A stretch of DNA of 64,000 nt from Azolla caroliniana (Eukaryota; Plantae; Polypodiophyta): assembly GCA_043228905.1 (NCBI GenBank), contig JBHGNT010000022.1:2852001-2916000 (forward strand). Direction: 5' to 3'. Of the stretch, positions 13,449 through 26,303 are shown piece after piece. Position 1 is the stretch's first letter; each line of letters opens with the position of its first letter. A model generated the notes under the pieces. The model did not search any database and was not told the origin of the DNA. It worked only from the letters and a program-made list of their open reading frames with translations. The translations under genes and the position numbers were made by a program.

Positions 13449-14534
13449 TGTCGTGAAGATTTTCGGCAATAGTGTGAAAATCCCATAAAACGTACAAAAT
13501 CGAGTATAAATCACATAATACAATAATTATGAAGATAACATTTTAAATAAATTTAATATCTAAGTACAAAATGATGGAGTTTTTGAATGCACTTTATTAC
13601 ACGAGAAACGGACAACTAAATGTCAAGATATGAGGGTATAAAGTTTGTGAAAGGAAAAGAGAAAATTGTGAGATATCCCACATAGGCACGACAAATACGG
13701 CTCTCATCATATATAAGGTGGAGCAAAAGATATTATTTTTGTGTCTATGTGTGGAGCATAGAGAGTTTAAGGTAACTTGAACTAAGAGTGGAGGTGGGCT
13801 AGCTACTCGTAATGGGTTTTGGCCAACCAAAACCGGACCGGCGATGGAGCCGGTGATCCGCGGCATTTGACGGCAATCCGGCGACGGTGATCCGACGGCA
13901 ATCCGGCACCGGTGAGACACCGGCATCCGACGGCAATCCGGCGAGGCACCGGTAACCGACGAACCGGCATCCGGCGACTAGATAAATAAATATATAAATA
14001 TATATACATATACAAGGAGGGCAAGGAAGGATTCGAACCTTGCACCTCCAAGTTAGGGATCAATTGGCTTACCATTAAGCCATGCTATTCAGTTGAAATT
14101 ATATTTCTATCATTGTACTTTTACATGTAAATTCTCATACATGAGAGCTAAAATGAGTGACATGGTTATCATGCACCACATGTAATACATAAGCACCAAA
14201 TGGCAAACATGCAATTTATGCATGTCTTGTACCCTCACATGCATCATATGCATGAGAGCATCTATAAAAGAAGGGGGAGGAGAAAAAACACGTTTTTTTT
14301 ATTATGAAATTAAGAAGAAGAAATTCGTTATCAAATTGATGGTGTAACTTGTTTCTTAAATCCAAAGATAAAAGTTCAATCAATCTCTCTCAATCGTTTA
14401 ATCTCAACTTCTCTCTTTCCCAATCTATCTTAAGTACTTTCTCGCCAAAGCTTGTACCGACTTTGAATCCTTCCGGTCCAGAACCCCGGCGGTTCCGCCT
14501 CACGATCCGCGCGTAGTGACAGATCTTCATGACA
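13449..14534 (+). mobile_element. Solo LTR (1086 bp) of the Trp-primed gypsy lineage nested in gag
   Basis: Ends TGTCGTGAAGAT...ATCTTCATGACA; 4-bp TSD ACGG; interrupts gag VKR|VCSRFDKR; TATAAAA at 14263; internal CCGGC/CGGCAATCC repeats at ~13830-13980. Confidence 0.88.
14019..14087 (-). promoter_or_regulatory. tRNA-derived Pol III-type module (A-box + B-box) within an LTR U3
   Basis: Minus strand TGGCTTAATGG (A-box, with GCTT/AAGC D-stem) ... GGTTCGAATCC (B-box, 14029-14039). No intact acceptor or anticodon stems. Confidence 0.7.
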
Positions 14535-15514
14535 ACGGGTCTGCAGCCGTTTCGACAAACGGCGCGATTGGAGTGACGGAAGCACGTCAGGGTCGGGGCC
14601 GGTACCAGGGAGGAGGCTCGAGGAGCCAGTTTCGGTGCCGGCTGGGAGGAAGGAAGAGACCCGAATCTGGCTGGAGTCGGGGTCGGCATCGAACGACGTG
14701 GTCAGAGGCCCATTCGGAGGAGCGGCTCTGGAGGAGCTAACACAGATGGTGCGCGACCTGCAGATCGCATAGGCCCGAAGAGACAGCGGTGAACAATCTC
14801 GCGACCGGAGGCCGCCGGCTAGGCAGCGGTGCATGTGGTGTGACGCGATCGGTCACATTCGGAAGGACTGCGGTACGAAGTCATCGCAGACTTCGGGGAA
14901 AGGATCGGGTCGGATCGGACGGCCCGCGTGGATACGAAATACAAGACTGTGGACCGGAAGGTGAGGCCAGTCACGGCACCCTTGCCGGAGGGCAGCGAGG
15001 AGCGGATAAAAGGGGTCGCGTCGGACCCAAGTTTACGAAATCCGGCTGGCATAGGGCACCGGTTCACCGACATAACGCTATGGGAGCTCAAGGTCGATGG
15101 GGGCGGCTTCCTACTACCGGCGGAGGAGGACCGGTTTCGGAGAATGCTCGGGAGGCACAGGAAGGCTTTCGCATTCTCACCGGAGGAGATCGGGTGCGTA
15201 GACCTTACTGTTGTCGAACCGATGGTGATCGTCACGGTACCGCATGTACCGTGGAATCTCAAGCCGATTCCGGTGCCAAGAGCTCACATCTCGAAGTTGA
15301 TGGAGCTCCTAAAGCAAAAGGTGGAGATGGGCATCCTCGAACCGTCGAGTGCCCCGTACTCGAATCGGTGGTTTACGGTGCCGAAGAACGGCACGTTGCG
15401 CTTCATCCAGGACCTTCAACCGGTCAACAAGGTGACCATCCGTAATGCATGGATCGGACCGACCATAGACGAGTTCGCAGAGGCCTTCGCTGGAAGGTCG
15501 ATCTATTCTGTCGG

Positions 15515-16120
15515 TGATGTGTACTCGGGGTACGATCAGTTCCAACTAGCCGTGGAGAGCAAAGACATTACGACGATGCGGACTCCTCTCGGCCTAGTGC
15601 GGATGTGTACCCTGCCACAAGGAGGGACGAACTCAGTGGCTCCAATGGTGAACGCGATGAACAAAGTGCTCAGGGATTGTATCCCGGACATCACCATGTC
15701 GTTCTTAGATGACATCCCGATCAAGGGATGCCCGGTGGTGATGTGTACTCGGGGTGATGTGTACTCGGGGTACGATCAGTTCCAACTAGCCGTAGAGAGC
15801 AAAGACATTACGACGATGCGGACTCCTCTGTGATGTGTACTCGGGGTACGATCAGTTCCAACTAGCCGTGGAGAGCAAAGACATTATGACGATGCGGACT
15901 CCTCTGTGATGTGTACTCGGGGTACGAATCTGTCAGTGATGTGTACTCGGGGTACGATCAGTTCCAACTAGCCGTGTAGAGCAAAGACATTACGACGATG
16001 CGGACTCCTCTCGGCCTAGTGGCTCACATGGTGAACGCGATGAACAGAGTGCTCAGGGATTGTATCCTGGACATCACCATGTCGTTCTTAGATGACATCC
16101 CGATCAAGGGATGCCCGGTG
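15515..16120 (+). repeat. Irregular tandem amplification of a ~76-bp RT segment, plus duplication of the FLDD-coding segment
   Basis: The unit TGATGTGTACTCGGGGTACGATCAGTTCC...CGGACTCCTCT recurs at ~15515, 15755, 15831 and 15937, with partial starts at ~15739 and 15907. Confidence 0.9.
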
Positions 16121-19100
16121 GAGAAAAGGGACGAGGCAATCGGGCCGGACAGATGTCGGAATTTCGTGGCGTCCCACATCGATGACTGCGAGAAGGTGCT
16201 GCAGAGACTAGAGCGCACGAGGCTCACCTTCTCCGGGGAAAAGTAGGCCTTCGGACAGTTGGAGATCTTAGGGGTCGGACACCTGTGCGGGCCTTACGGT
16301 AGGAAACCGTCTCCGGCAAAGGTAGAGGCTATCTCCGTGATGAGGAACGTTTGCGGGTCGGTCACGGAGGTCCGCATTTTCTTGGGGGCATGCGTGTTCT
16401 ACCACATCTGAATCCCGCACTATGCACATGTCGCGGAACCCCTCTACGGACTATTGAAAAAGGGGCGTAGCTTTGAGTGGAGGACGGAGCACACGGAGTC
16501 AGTTCGGAGACTAAAGGAGGCACTTACGGCCGCGCCGGCTCTCCGTAAAGAGGTTTACAACAAGGATGTTCCCATCTGCGTAACGGTGGACACCAACCCG
16601 ACCGGGATCGGGTGGGTAATCAGTCAGGAGGACAAGGGCGGCGTACGATTCCTGATCCGGTTCGGGGCGAAGGTATTGAGCGAGCGGCAGCGAGGGTACG
16701 CCCAAGTTAAGCACGAACTTTGGGGTGTCATTTCGGCAGTCAAGGTCGACAAGGATTATCTGATCGGGACGGAGGTGATTATCGAGACGGACTGCCTGAC
16801 GATACTCGGCATGGTTTCTGGATGCGCGACGCCGGACCTAGCAATGGTCCGGTGGATAGCGTACATTAAGTCCCTGAACCCGGAGATACGGCACATCTCC
16901 GGAAAGGATAACACCATGGCCGACATGCTTTCGAGGGCCAGGTTCAACGACGAAGACGGCATGGTTTCGGAAGACGAAGAAGTCGGCGAGGACTTCTTCG
17001 GGTCGGCTAACGTAACGACAAGAAGGAAAGGGAACACTCCGGCGCTTAACGAATTTGACGAAAGTAGGTACGATGGGGAGTGGCTCCAAATCGGCAGGTT
17101 CCTACGGATGATGACGCCGGACGCAGCATGGGCGAGAGAGGAGGCGAGCCGGATACAGAGGAAGGCGTACTGATTCCTCCTGCAGGACGGGTGCATATGG
17201 AAACACCCAAAGAAGAGGAGCGGCATCCCACTCCGAGTAGTGGCAAAGAAAGAAGAACAGGGGAAACTACTGGCGGCATTCCACAAGAGCCCATGGGTCG
17301 GACACCGCGGAACGTGGGCCACGTTCGAGAAGCTGAAGGAGAAGTACTGGTGGTCGGGGCTATGCCAGGACGTGCATCGGTTCGTAACGACTTGCGAAAG
17401 CTGTCAGGTGCACTCCGTAGTCCGACACCGGGACGAGCTATACCCGACCTACCCGCCTGCGGTCCATTTCAAGTGGATGGTGGACTTGGTGACGATGCCA
17501 ATGGGGGTAGGACAGATGTGATACCCGGTGCGTGCACGGGAAGACTTAACGAACCAGGTGGAAGGTCGTGCACTGCAAAGCAAGACAACCGCGGCGGTAT
17601 GCCGGTTCCTGATCGAAGAAGTAGTGTGTCGGTACGGGTGCGTCGGGAGGATCGTGGCGGACCGGGGAGAGCTGGATGCGCGAGAGGCCGAGGAGCTGTT
17701 CGACCGGCTAGGCGTCAAACTCTCCCTCACCACAGCGTACAATCCGGAGGCGAACGGAAAGGTGGAACGTGGGCACGGACCGATTGTAAAGGCGTTGGTC
17801 GTGCATGCGGTGGGCAGGTCAGGAATTGGCCGCAACTCCTTCCTTACGCTCTATGGGCGGACCGGACTACGCATAGTTCAGTGACAGGGTTTATGCCGGC
17901 GGAGCTAATGTACGGACAAACGCCGATCATGCCGGTGGAACGGACGGTTTCCTCGTGGGTGGCGGTAGATTGGAAGGACGAAATGAGCCGGGAGGAGTTG
18001 CTGGCGGCGCGGATTCGGCAACTCGAGCGGAGGCTGGAGGACGTGACACAGGCGAAGGAAAAGCTGCGAGCAGCGAGGGAGCGGAACAATACCCGGTTCA
18101 ACCGGACACACCGGTTGCGACCAAAGAAGATCGAGGAAGGCGACTGGATCTTGGTATACGACAACAGCCTCGACAATCAGCACAAGGCGGTGCGAAAGTT
18201 TGCTAGGAGATGGTTCGGGCCCTACATGGTGACGAGCGCGAACGGCAACGACACGTACCACCTCGCGGAACTCGATCGGACACGGTTAGCGGTGCCGGTG
18301 GCCGGGAAGCGGATCAAAGCTTACAAAAAGCAACTCGAAGACGAGTCGGAGCCTGCGAGCGGGAGCGACAACAACGATCAGTTCGGGTCCGGCGGAGAAT
18401 CGGAGAGCAACGAGTGAGGCCGGGTTTCTTCGATATCTACCCGTCTCTGGCGCATACCGGTGGATGCGCAATTTGGTGGGGGTGGATGTTGTGAAGAAAA
18501 CCGGCCATAGGCGGAATCGGAGAGAAAGCGCGTAAACCGGCCCTTACACAGATGGACACGTGACTTGATATTTTGTACACGAACCGGTGGATGTAAATAC
18601 TAAGCCACACGCATTTATTAGGGGGGGATTGTGCGTATCCCGGTGAGAGGGACAGGGAATAAAGGGAGGAGGACAAGGGAAAACGGGTATCGCGCACGAG
18701 GAGGAAGAAAAGCGGGGGCTGCAGAACGGAAGAGAGAGCTCTCTCTCTTGGTCGCGGATCGTCGCTCTCTACGGGTGTCGGGAGGTTGCTACCTCTGCTT
18801 CGTGGACAGCCCGTGTGCTTCAAGCAGAGTCGCTCCCTTTCCCCTTTTGTTTCTTTGAGTCGTGTTACTGTCGTCGGTGTGCGTGAGTAGGGTCCCCGTG
18901 TCGGGTCCGTCGCCGCTTTGTCGGTTGTAACTGTCGGAGTTTGTAATCTCTTGCCATTATAATTAAGTGTTACGTTCTATATCTCTCTTTCTCGCTTCTA
19001 CGTGTCGGTGAATCTCTCTCTCTGTCTCTCTCTCTCTCGCTCCTCAGTCCGAGACCCCCGTGGTCCCGCCCCTTTCTACACTTACGCGCGTAACAATGCG

Positions 19101-19959
19101 ACACCGATGCACAAGAATGATTATTATCCTAACATATGGCTCAAGAGAGGGGAGAGTAGGATATACATCAGAATATGCAAAAGGGCCATGAGTTGAGCGT
19201 GTGCGATTAGTGCAAACACGTACGGTCCGATGCACAATAATAATTAAAATCGTGGCATGGTAGAAAGAAGAAAGAAAGAAAAGAAAACGTAATACAAATT
19301 TGATTCGACCAAGAAGAACGCATCATAGAAAAGGAGAGAGAGATCGAGAAAGAAGAATATCGGGTTAAGAATGTTGTTTTGATCCTGTGAAGAGGATGAT
19401 GAGCCTTGTTATATCCCCATTGCTCACACACAAAAAACATCAAAACAAAAAGAAAAATTGTTAGTAAATGCTTTGATACCACTGTTAAGAGTCTATTACT
19501 AATCAATAGACCAAACTAAACTAAAATAAGGAAAATAGATTGGATAGAAGAACCCGTTCCACCCGACCACCCACGAGCTATGATCTAGACATATCCAACC
19601 TACCACCAACGTCCCATACCGCCGGATATTAGGATGACTAATACCTTGGAAGAGATAAACACGATCGTCGAGACGAAAGCCTAGCCCGCACCACCGGTGT
19701 CTAAGACAACACAGCCTTCTGACGTAATGTGCTTATGAGGGTAGCTAAGCCTCATATTTATACCTTTTCCTAGGCCCCTTGAATAGATGTGCCTTTCTAA
19801 AAGGCTTTCCATTCATTGGTTGTCCAAATCATGATAGTCCATGCACCTATCATTCCTTCTATCCAATCACATTAGTCCCCTTTTTAACGTTAGTGAACAT
19901 ACCCTTCAGTTATGTAAATATTAGTGACCTACCCTACCCTACGTTATGTGTACATACAA

Positions 19960-20860
19960 TTACTCATCTCAGCATTCTCTATCTTCGTCTTCAGACATTG
20001 CCTACTCGATAGCTTGTTGTTAGTCGGTAGCGTCGAGCCGACCGGCTTTGCGCTTTCCATGTTGAACCTCTGGAGCACATTTGTCATGTACTTTTTCTTT
20101 GAAAAACACAATAACCTCTTTGTTCGGTCCCGGTCAATGTGCATTCCCAGGATCTATCTTGCCATACCCATATCCTTCATTGAGAACGACTTGCTCAAGG
20201 CCTTCTTTAGCATTCTGATTTTCATATGGTCTCGTCCGACAATCAACATGTCGTCCACGTATAGGAGGAGGACAAGGAAGTCTCCTCCATCGAACTTCTT
20301 CACAAATACGCAGTAATCGGCCTACATCTTGTGGTATCCTTGGTCGGCCATGAAGGATTCGAACTTCCGGTACCATTGTCGGGGCGCCTGCTTTTGTCCA
20401 TAAAGACTCTTCTTCAACGAGCATACGAGGTTCTCCTTCCCCTTTTCGACGAATCCTTTTGGTTGCTACATATATATCTCCTCTTCAATATCACAATGCA
20501 GAAAGTCCATCTTGACATCCAATTGCTCGACTTCAAGGTCCATGTTGGCTACTATGCTCAGTACAATCCGGATGGATTTTATCTTAACCACCGGGGCAAA
20601 AATCTCATCGAAATCCACTCCCTTCTTCTATTGGAAGCCCTTCACCACAATGCGAGCTTTATACCTTTGTGTATTTCCGCCCACTTTCCTTTCGGTAACT
20701 CCATCAACTCATATGTGTGGTTCTCATGTAGGGAGTCCATTTCGTCCTACATGGCAGTTAGCCACTCCTTGTTGTGAGTTTCCCTTTTTTCTTCCTCGAA
20801 GCTTTCTGGCTCCTCCTCGTCGATTAATAGGACATATTCCTTCTCTAGAAATCTTCTCAA
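19960..20860 (-). mobile_element. Ty1/copia (Tnt1/Tork-like) RT fragment
   Basis: Minus strand GVDFDEIFAPVVK, QAPRQWYRKFESF, LLLYVDDML, LQRFNMESAKPVGS. Confidence 0.8.
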
Positions 20861-20879
20861 GGGGGGTTGGGGGGGGGGA

Positions 20880-23140
20880 GGACATATTCCTTCTCCTCGT
20901 CTTCATTATAGCCGTCGTGATGTATGGTTCCCCGAGGATGACCGGGTGGGAGAACGTTTCTTGCACAAAAAAGTGTTGGTTTATGTTGACGTCTCCGACG
21001 CTCACCCTAACATTCAGGCAGGCCCCGTGTAGCTCTTTCGTGGCTCTTGTTGCCGCGCATATTTTCCACCCATGCTTGGTGTTGATCGGCCAATTTCCCT
21101 TTTTGTAGAAGTCCATGGACATTAGGTTAATTTCCGACCCGTGGTCGATTAATGCCACCACTGGTTCCTTGACATTCCCGATTCGAACCGGGGTCTCTGT
21201 AGTAGCTCTTTCCTAGTGCGGCTTGGCGTACTGGCTTTCCGCGAGCTCGTCTTCCATGGCAATCTCGTCGAGGAGTGTTGCCCTCACCTCAACCGGCTTC
21301 TCGGGCTCCGGTTCCGTCGCGAGACGCTTTCTCTTCACGAGGTCCACGATGTTGTCGTGGAACTCCCTTCTTGCTATATTGAGCACTTCCCTAAGCGTGA
21401 GTTCTATGCGGCTGTCAAAAACTCGCTCCTCTAGAACCTTTTATAGGTTCGTTGTTTTCTCGATTTCCGAGCTTATGCGGAAGCTCAGAATCCTGCCCTT
21501 CTCCTTCTCCTGGGACTCGGTCGGAGCGGCATCGTTCTTTTTGGGCGTGCTTCGAGTGTCATACCTCCCCGAAGGGCCCACTCCCCCGGTTTTCCCCGCT
21601 CGTCTTTTGTCGATCAGGGCCTCGTAGTTCCTGCACGCGGCTTCTACAAAGTCGATGCTTTCTTCAACGGGGTTGCTCCACCCATTAACTTCTCGCACAC
21701 GTTCTTCTGCGCGCTCCGCTTCTCCCTTCTGCAACCTTCCTCCAGTCAACGTCTCAAGAATAGTCGGCCAGAACCCAGGGTTTGAATCAGGTTTGGCCGC
21801 CTTTTCCCCTACTCTGATGCCGGCCAAAGCCGAATAGTGGATGGTTTCGACGTGTCGGGCCGCAGCCTCTTCCATTAGCCTCTTCATGCCATCTCGTCCG
21901 AAATTCGTGTCGAGCAGTCTTCGCGTGTCGCTCGCATGTACCCGGCTGTTCGAAAGGTAGACTACATTACTCCTGAGTGCTTCTCCGAAGTTAGCACATT
22001 CTCTCCGGGCATGTCCGGTAGCGTCGCACCATACGCACCTCTGATTGGTTGGCAGTCGCCAGTCGCGCGGCTGACCCTCGTCGCTTCGGCAGGCTTGGGC
22101 GATCTAGAGGTCGCGTACCATCCTTGTTAGTTCTTCTAGCCCTGCTCCACCCGCCGGTCCTGCGACTATGTTCGTCGGGGTTGGGCCTAGCTCCACCACC
22201 TCCTCGTTTCTTCCATTCGGGTCGGCATCGGTTCGGCCTTGATCTCAACATCCGATCCGACCGACGAGGATCCCTTTTCTCTCTAGTCTCAGTCACCCAG
22301 TCAATCCTGTTGCATACTTCTTTGACGGTCGCCCAGTCAATCGTGAGACCTCGGTTGGTTTCTAGAAGAAGACCCATGCTTTCCCGGACACGCGAATCGA
22401 AAGATGTCACGAAAAATAGGACTTTGCTTGTTTCGAGCACAGTTCGGTCCAATCTAGAAAGTCGGGCGAACCGTGATTCGAACTCCTAGAGGAGCGCCAA
22501 AGCGTTCTGACCCTTGTCGGGGCTGTTGACCCAGTCCACAAAATCCTTTCTTGATAGCTGGAGTGAGTCATCATAGTTGTACCTCTCGAGAACTTCCTCT
22601 GCGAATTCCACCCAGTCGCGACAGCCTGCTTGTATCTCGACCATCTCTGTATGGATGTGTGGTGTTATGATCCGGGGAAACCCCGTTAGCCGTCTATCTT
22701 CGGGTATGTTCCTCATCTGCATTTCATATTTGTAGGCCTCTAAGTAACTCGTGGCGTCCTTTCCGCCTAACCGGCCTATCCTGCCGATCGTTGCTTCTAT
22801 GGCCCGGTCGAGGGCACTCATGCCCTCGCGAGCACTAACCAGTCGGTCTACCGCCACCACCATTGCTTCTACAAGTTCGCTTCCTCTCATCTCCAAATTC
22901 CTTTGCCGCCCTTTTTCACGTCGGGTTCACCAAATATGTCGAGGAAATCCTCACAGATGCGTAGAAGTCGGGCAGGACCACAAAGGTATCGAACCAAGGA
23001 ATCGAGAAAACGAGGAGGGAGGAGTTTGAGGATCACGTAGGCCTCGAGACCACGGGGAAAACAGGTAAGGCCAGCGAACAAGAGAGGGTAAGAGAGTCGT
23101 GCATAGACGCAGACACGGGCAAGACACTGAGAACAACGTC
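20880..23140 (-). mobile_element. 5' part of a second tRNA-Trp-primed gypsy element (partial LTR from 22937, PBS 22916-22932, gag, protease)
   Basis: Exact TCACGTCGGGTTCACCA (plant tRNA-Trp 3' end). Gag MRGSELVEAMVVAVDRLVSARE matches the 12849 ORF. Protease ALIDHGSEINLMS...VILGEP. Confidence 0.88.
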
Positions 23141-23160
23141 TGTTAGGAAGAGAAGGTTTC

Positions 23161-23541
23161 TGTCATGAACACAACATTTTGGTTATCAAGAATCGAACCC
23201 ACGACTTCTTGGTCTATGTGTTGAACCCTTAACCATTGTAATAACATATATGTTGTATGATTATAACAATTATGTTTCTAGTTATTACAATATATTAGAA
23301 TATTCTAGATTATTCTAGAACATTCTAGATTCTTCTAGAACATCCTTTAATATTTCATGATTATATTTCTTATCATAAAATCTAAAATATTCTAGAGCAT
23401 TCTAGAATACTCCATAAGGACCTATAAATAACTATCCATACATTCATTTCAACTCATTCGGTTCAACACCAGTCTTTAGGCCTTAGCCTACTCATTGTAA
23501 TCTTGTTTCATCATAATATAATCTCATTTCTATTTCAAGTC

Positions 23542-23583
<42 letters not shown>

Positions 23584-24442
23584 CACACACACACACCCCC
23601 TCTCTCTTTCGCTCTCGCTCTATCTTCTACCCACAAGTCTCGACAGTTTGAACCGAATATTTCTGTTTCCTTTTCCAATAACCCTAGCAAGCTTTCTTCT
23701 TTTCCCTTCTTTCTTTTTCTCCCTCGGTTATGGAATCCGTCAGCAAGCAAGAGTATATGCGTGTCCTTTCTGAGCTCGACATGCTCACGACTAAGTTTGT
23801 GGCATTAGAGCAAGAAAATCATAGGCTACTCGGGGATTTACAACAAGTAGGAACCGATAAAGCTCATCAATATGAGGAGTTATCACAATGGGTTCATCAA
23901 CTCGAGTCTACTATATTAACATTACGAGAACAAGCAATGGGGGTTCAAAACTCCCCAAGGGAACCAAAGATTAGCCTCCCTGCCAAGTTTGATGGTACCC
24001 GATCTTTGTTTCGAGGTTTCCTGAATCAAGTCCGTTTGGTGATTCAGTTACATCCCAATCTGTACCCAATTGATGTTGCTCATGTGGGATTAATAGGAAC
24101 CTTGCTAAGCGGTACCGCATTAGCATGGTTTGCACCACTTCTAGAGAAGAAATCACCATTGTTGGAGGATTTTGAGGCATTCGTTAAAGAGTTTCAAGCT
24201 AGTTTTGGAGACACCGATAGCACTAGAACGGCAATAAACAAGATTCGAAGACTCCGACAAGGAGATCGTCCCGCTTCAGCCTACGCAGCAGATTTCCGTC
24301 TCTTGGCATGTGACATCCCTTGGGATGAGGCAGCCTTAATGGATCAATTCCGTCAGGGTTTGCGTAACGATGTCAAAGATCTTCTTCTTACTTTCCACGA
24401 AGATCCAAAGTCTCTTACAGAGGCCATTTGTCGAGCTATGCA
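23161..24442 (+). mobile_element. 5' LTR (23161-23645) and gag (23730-~24442) of a second Tf1/sushi-like gypsy family, truncated
   Basis: TGTCATG...CGACA; TATAAATA at 23423; gag REPKISLPAKFDGTRSLFRGFLNQ...LRQGDRPASAYAADFR...GLRNDVK; abuts copia RT at ~24443. Confidence 0.88.
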
Positions 24443-25070
24443 TGTCGTCCATGTACATCAATAGTATCAGGAACTCTCCTCCGTCAAACATCTTCACGAA
24501 TACGCATTAGTCGGCCAGCGTCTTGTGGTATCCTTGATCGGTCATGAAGAAGTCGAACATCCGGTACCATTCTTGGGGGGCTTGCTTCGGTCCGTACAGG
24601 CTCTTCTTCAACCGTCACACTAGGTTCTCCTTCCCTTTCTTGAGGAATCCTTCTGGATGTTGCATGTAGATCTCTTCCTCGAGATCACCATGTAGAAACG
24701 TTCTCTTGACATCTAGTTGCTCAACCTCGAGGTCCATGCTTGCCGCTATGCTCAGCATTTTCCGAATGGATGTCATCTTGACTACTAGGGCAAAGATCTC
24801 GTCGAAATCCACTCCTTTCTTCTGTTGAAAACCCTTCACCACGATCCGGGCTTTGTATCTCGGTGGATTTCTGGCGTCTCCTGGTTTCAGCTTGTATACC
24901 CACTTGTTCTAGAATGCTCTCTTTCCTTTCGGTAGCTCCATTAATTTATATGTGTGGTTCTCATGCAAGGAACCCATCTCATCTTGCATGGCACTTAACC
25001 ACTTGCGGTTGTGGGTGTCTTTCTTAGCTTCTTCGAAGCTTTCCGGCTCCCTAACATTCTCGTTCTATCA
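24443..25070 (-). mobile_element. Ty1/copia (Tnt1/Tork-like) RT fragment
   Basis: KGFQQKKGVDFDEIFALVVKMTSIR...FLHGDLEEEIYM; near-duplicate of ~27080-27530. Confidence 0.82.
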
Positions 25071-26303
25071 GCTTACGAACTTCATCATGGGTCCAAAATC
25101 ATGTCGTGTGTATGTATGTTCTTCCTTTGTTTTGAGTTGTATGTGGTCGATCACGTCCATTTCTTTAGGTGGATGAGTTTTCGAAATTTCGTAGGTGCCC
25201 TTTCAAAAAAAAAAGTTTAAATTTGTACCCTTATATTTATGAAATTTGCTTGTTATGCCCTTAGATTATTAAAATTTTGACAATACCATCACATTTTTCA
25301 AAATTCTTCAGATGCCCTTATCTTCATTTTGCCCTCTTTTTTCTGTTTTCTATCTACTTTTCTTCTCTTTCTCTCCTGGTTCTGTTTCTTCTTATGCTCT
25401 CTCATTCTTGTCGTTCCTTCTTAGTCGTTTGCCTCAGCTTTTAACTTCCTCTTCCTCCTCTTTCTACTTCTTCTATTCCATTTTCCTCATCTCAATTATT
25501 CCTTCACCTTCTCTGTCGCTCTAAGTCGGTTCTCTGTCCGTCTACTTCTGCATATCTGTTTAGCTGTCGTCCATGCGGCCGGCATAATCAACGGCCATGT
25601 CCGGATGGTGGTCGTTTTTCTCTTTCTCAATCGGAGGTTCTCTGTATGGTCGTTATCCAGCCTCTATTCGTTATCATTGAGAAGGTCTAGTTCAGGGCCT
25701 TCTTTAGCATTCGAATCTGGATTTGGTCTCATCCAATGATCTCATCCACATACAGAATGAGTATTTGGAAGTCTCCTCCATCGAAGTTCTTCACAAATAC
25801 GTAGTGATCAGCTTGCGTCTTGTGGTACCTTTGGTCGGTCATGAAGGAGTCGAACTTCCGGTACCATTGCCAGGGAGCTTGCTTCAATCCGTATAAGTAT
25901 TGTAGGTTTTAGGGTTAGGGTTAAGGACGATGATGATGATGAATGATAACTATGATGATTGGTAATGAAGATAGACATGGTGATGGAGAGTATGATGGTG
26001 AGAGAGATCATATAGAGAAGCATTGCAGGGTGGGGGGTGGTGCCTAAAATGGCTCCACCCCCCTCTCAACGGGTTCAACATTAAAGGGGAGAGAGAGACG
26101 GAGAGAGAGATTACAAGAGAGAGAGAGAGATTAAGAGAGAAATGTTCATTCATGTTTCATTCATTCCCTATAAGGGGTTAAATAGTACAAGAGAGGGTAG
26201 ATACATAGGGGTGTAAGCCCCCTCGAGCATTCATACTGGACACTCACTCACACCTCCTCGTATCCATCCACATGCACGCACGTGTGCATGTGTTCACATA
26301 CGT

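Larger units (their letters stand above)
12215..19103 (+). mobile_element. Two-LTR, tRNA-Trp-primed Ty3/gypsy element (LTRs 12215-12831 and 18487-19103); protease region deleted, pol disrupted
   Basis: Highly similar 617-bp LTRs; 4-bp TSD CCGA; PBS TGTTGAACCCGACGTGA (12836-12852); PPT TGGTGGGGGTGGA. Gag from 12849; CMWCDAIGHIRKDC knuckle; RT GILEPSSAPYSNRWFTV...FLDDIPIKG; RH VTVDTNPTGIGW; IN YNPEANGKVERGH...GPY. Confidence 0.93.

Noticed and set aside
14019-14087. Functional tRNA genes here and at 26429-26497, ~23180-23245 and ~5955-5995
   Set aside because: Acceptor and anticodon stems do not pair; only the A/B-box and D/T arms remain, and all lie inside LTRs.
15515-16020. CRISPR-like repeat array
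   Set aside because: Units are contiguous copies of RT coding sequence with no unique spacers; eukaryotic context, no cas genes.
17080-18417. 445-aa novel protein
   Set aside because: The N-terminal part is an off-frame reading of GC-rich pol; only the C-terminal part (after a frameshift near ~17800) is integrase.
23730-24464. Domesticated PEG10/RTL-like gag gene
   Set aside because: Still attached to its LTR and priming site, and truncated by a junction with copia RT; no evidence of domestication.
25905-25927. Telomere-like TTTAGGGTTAGGG
   Set aside because: Only 2-3 imperfect units at an LTR end; too short to indicate a telomere or fusion site.
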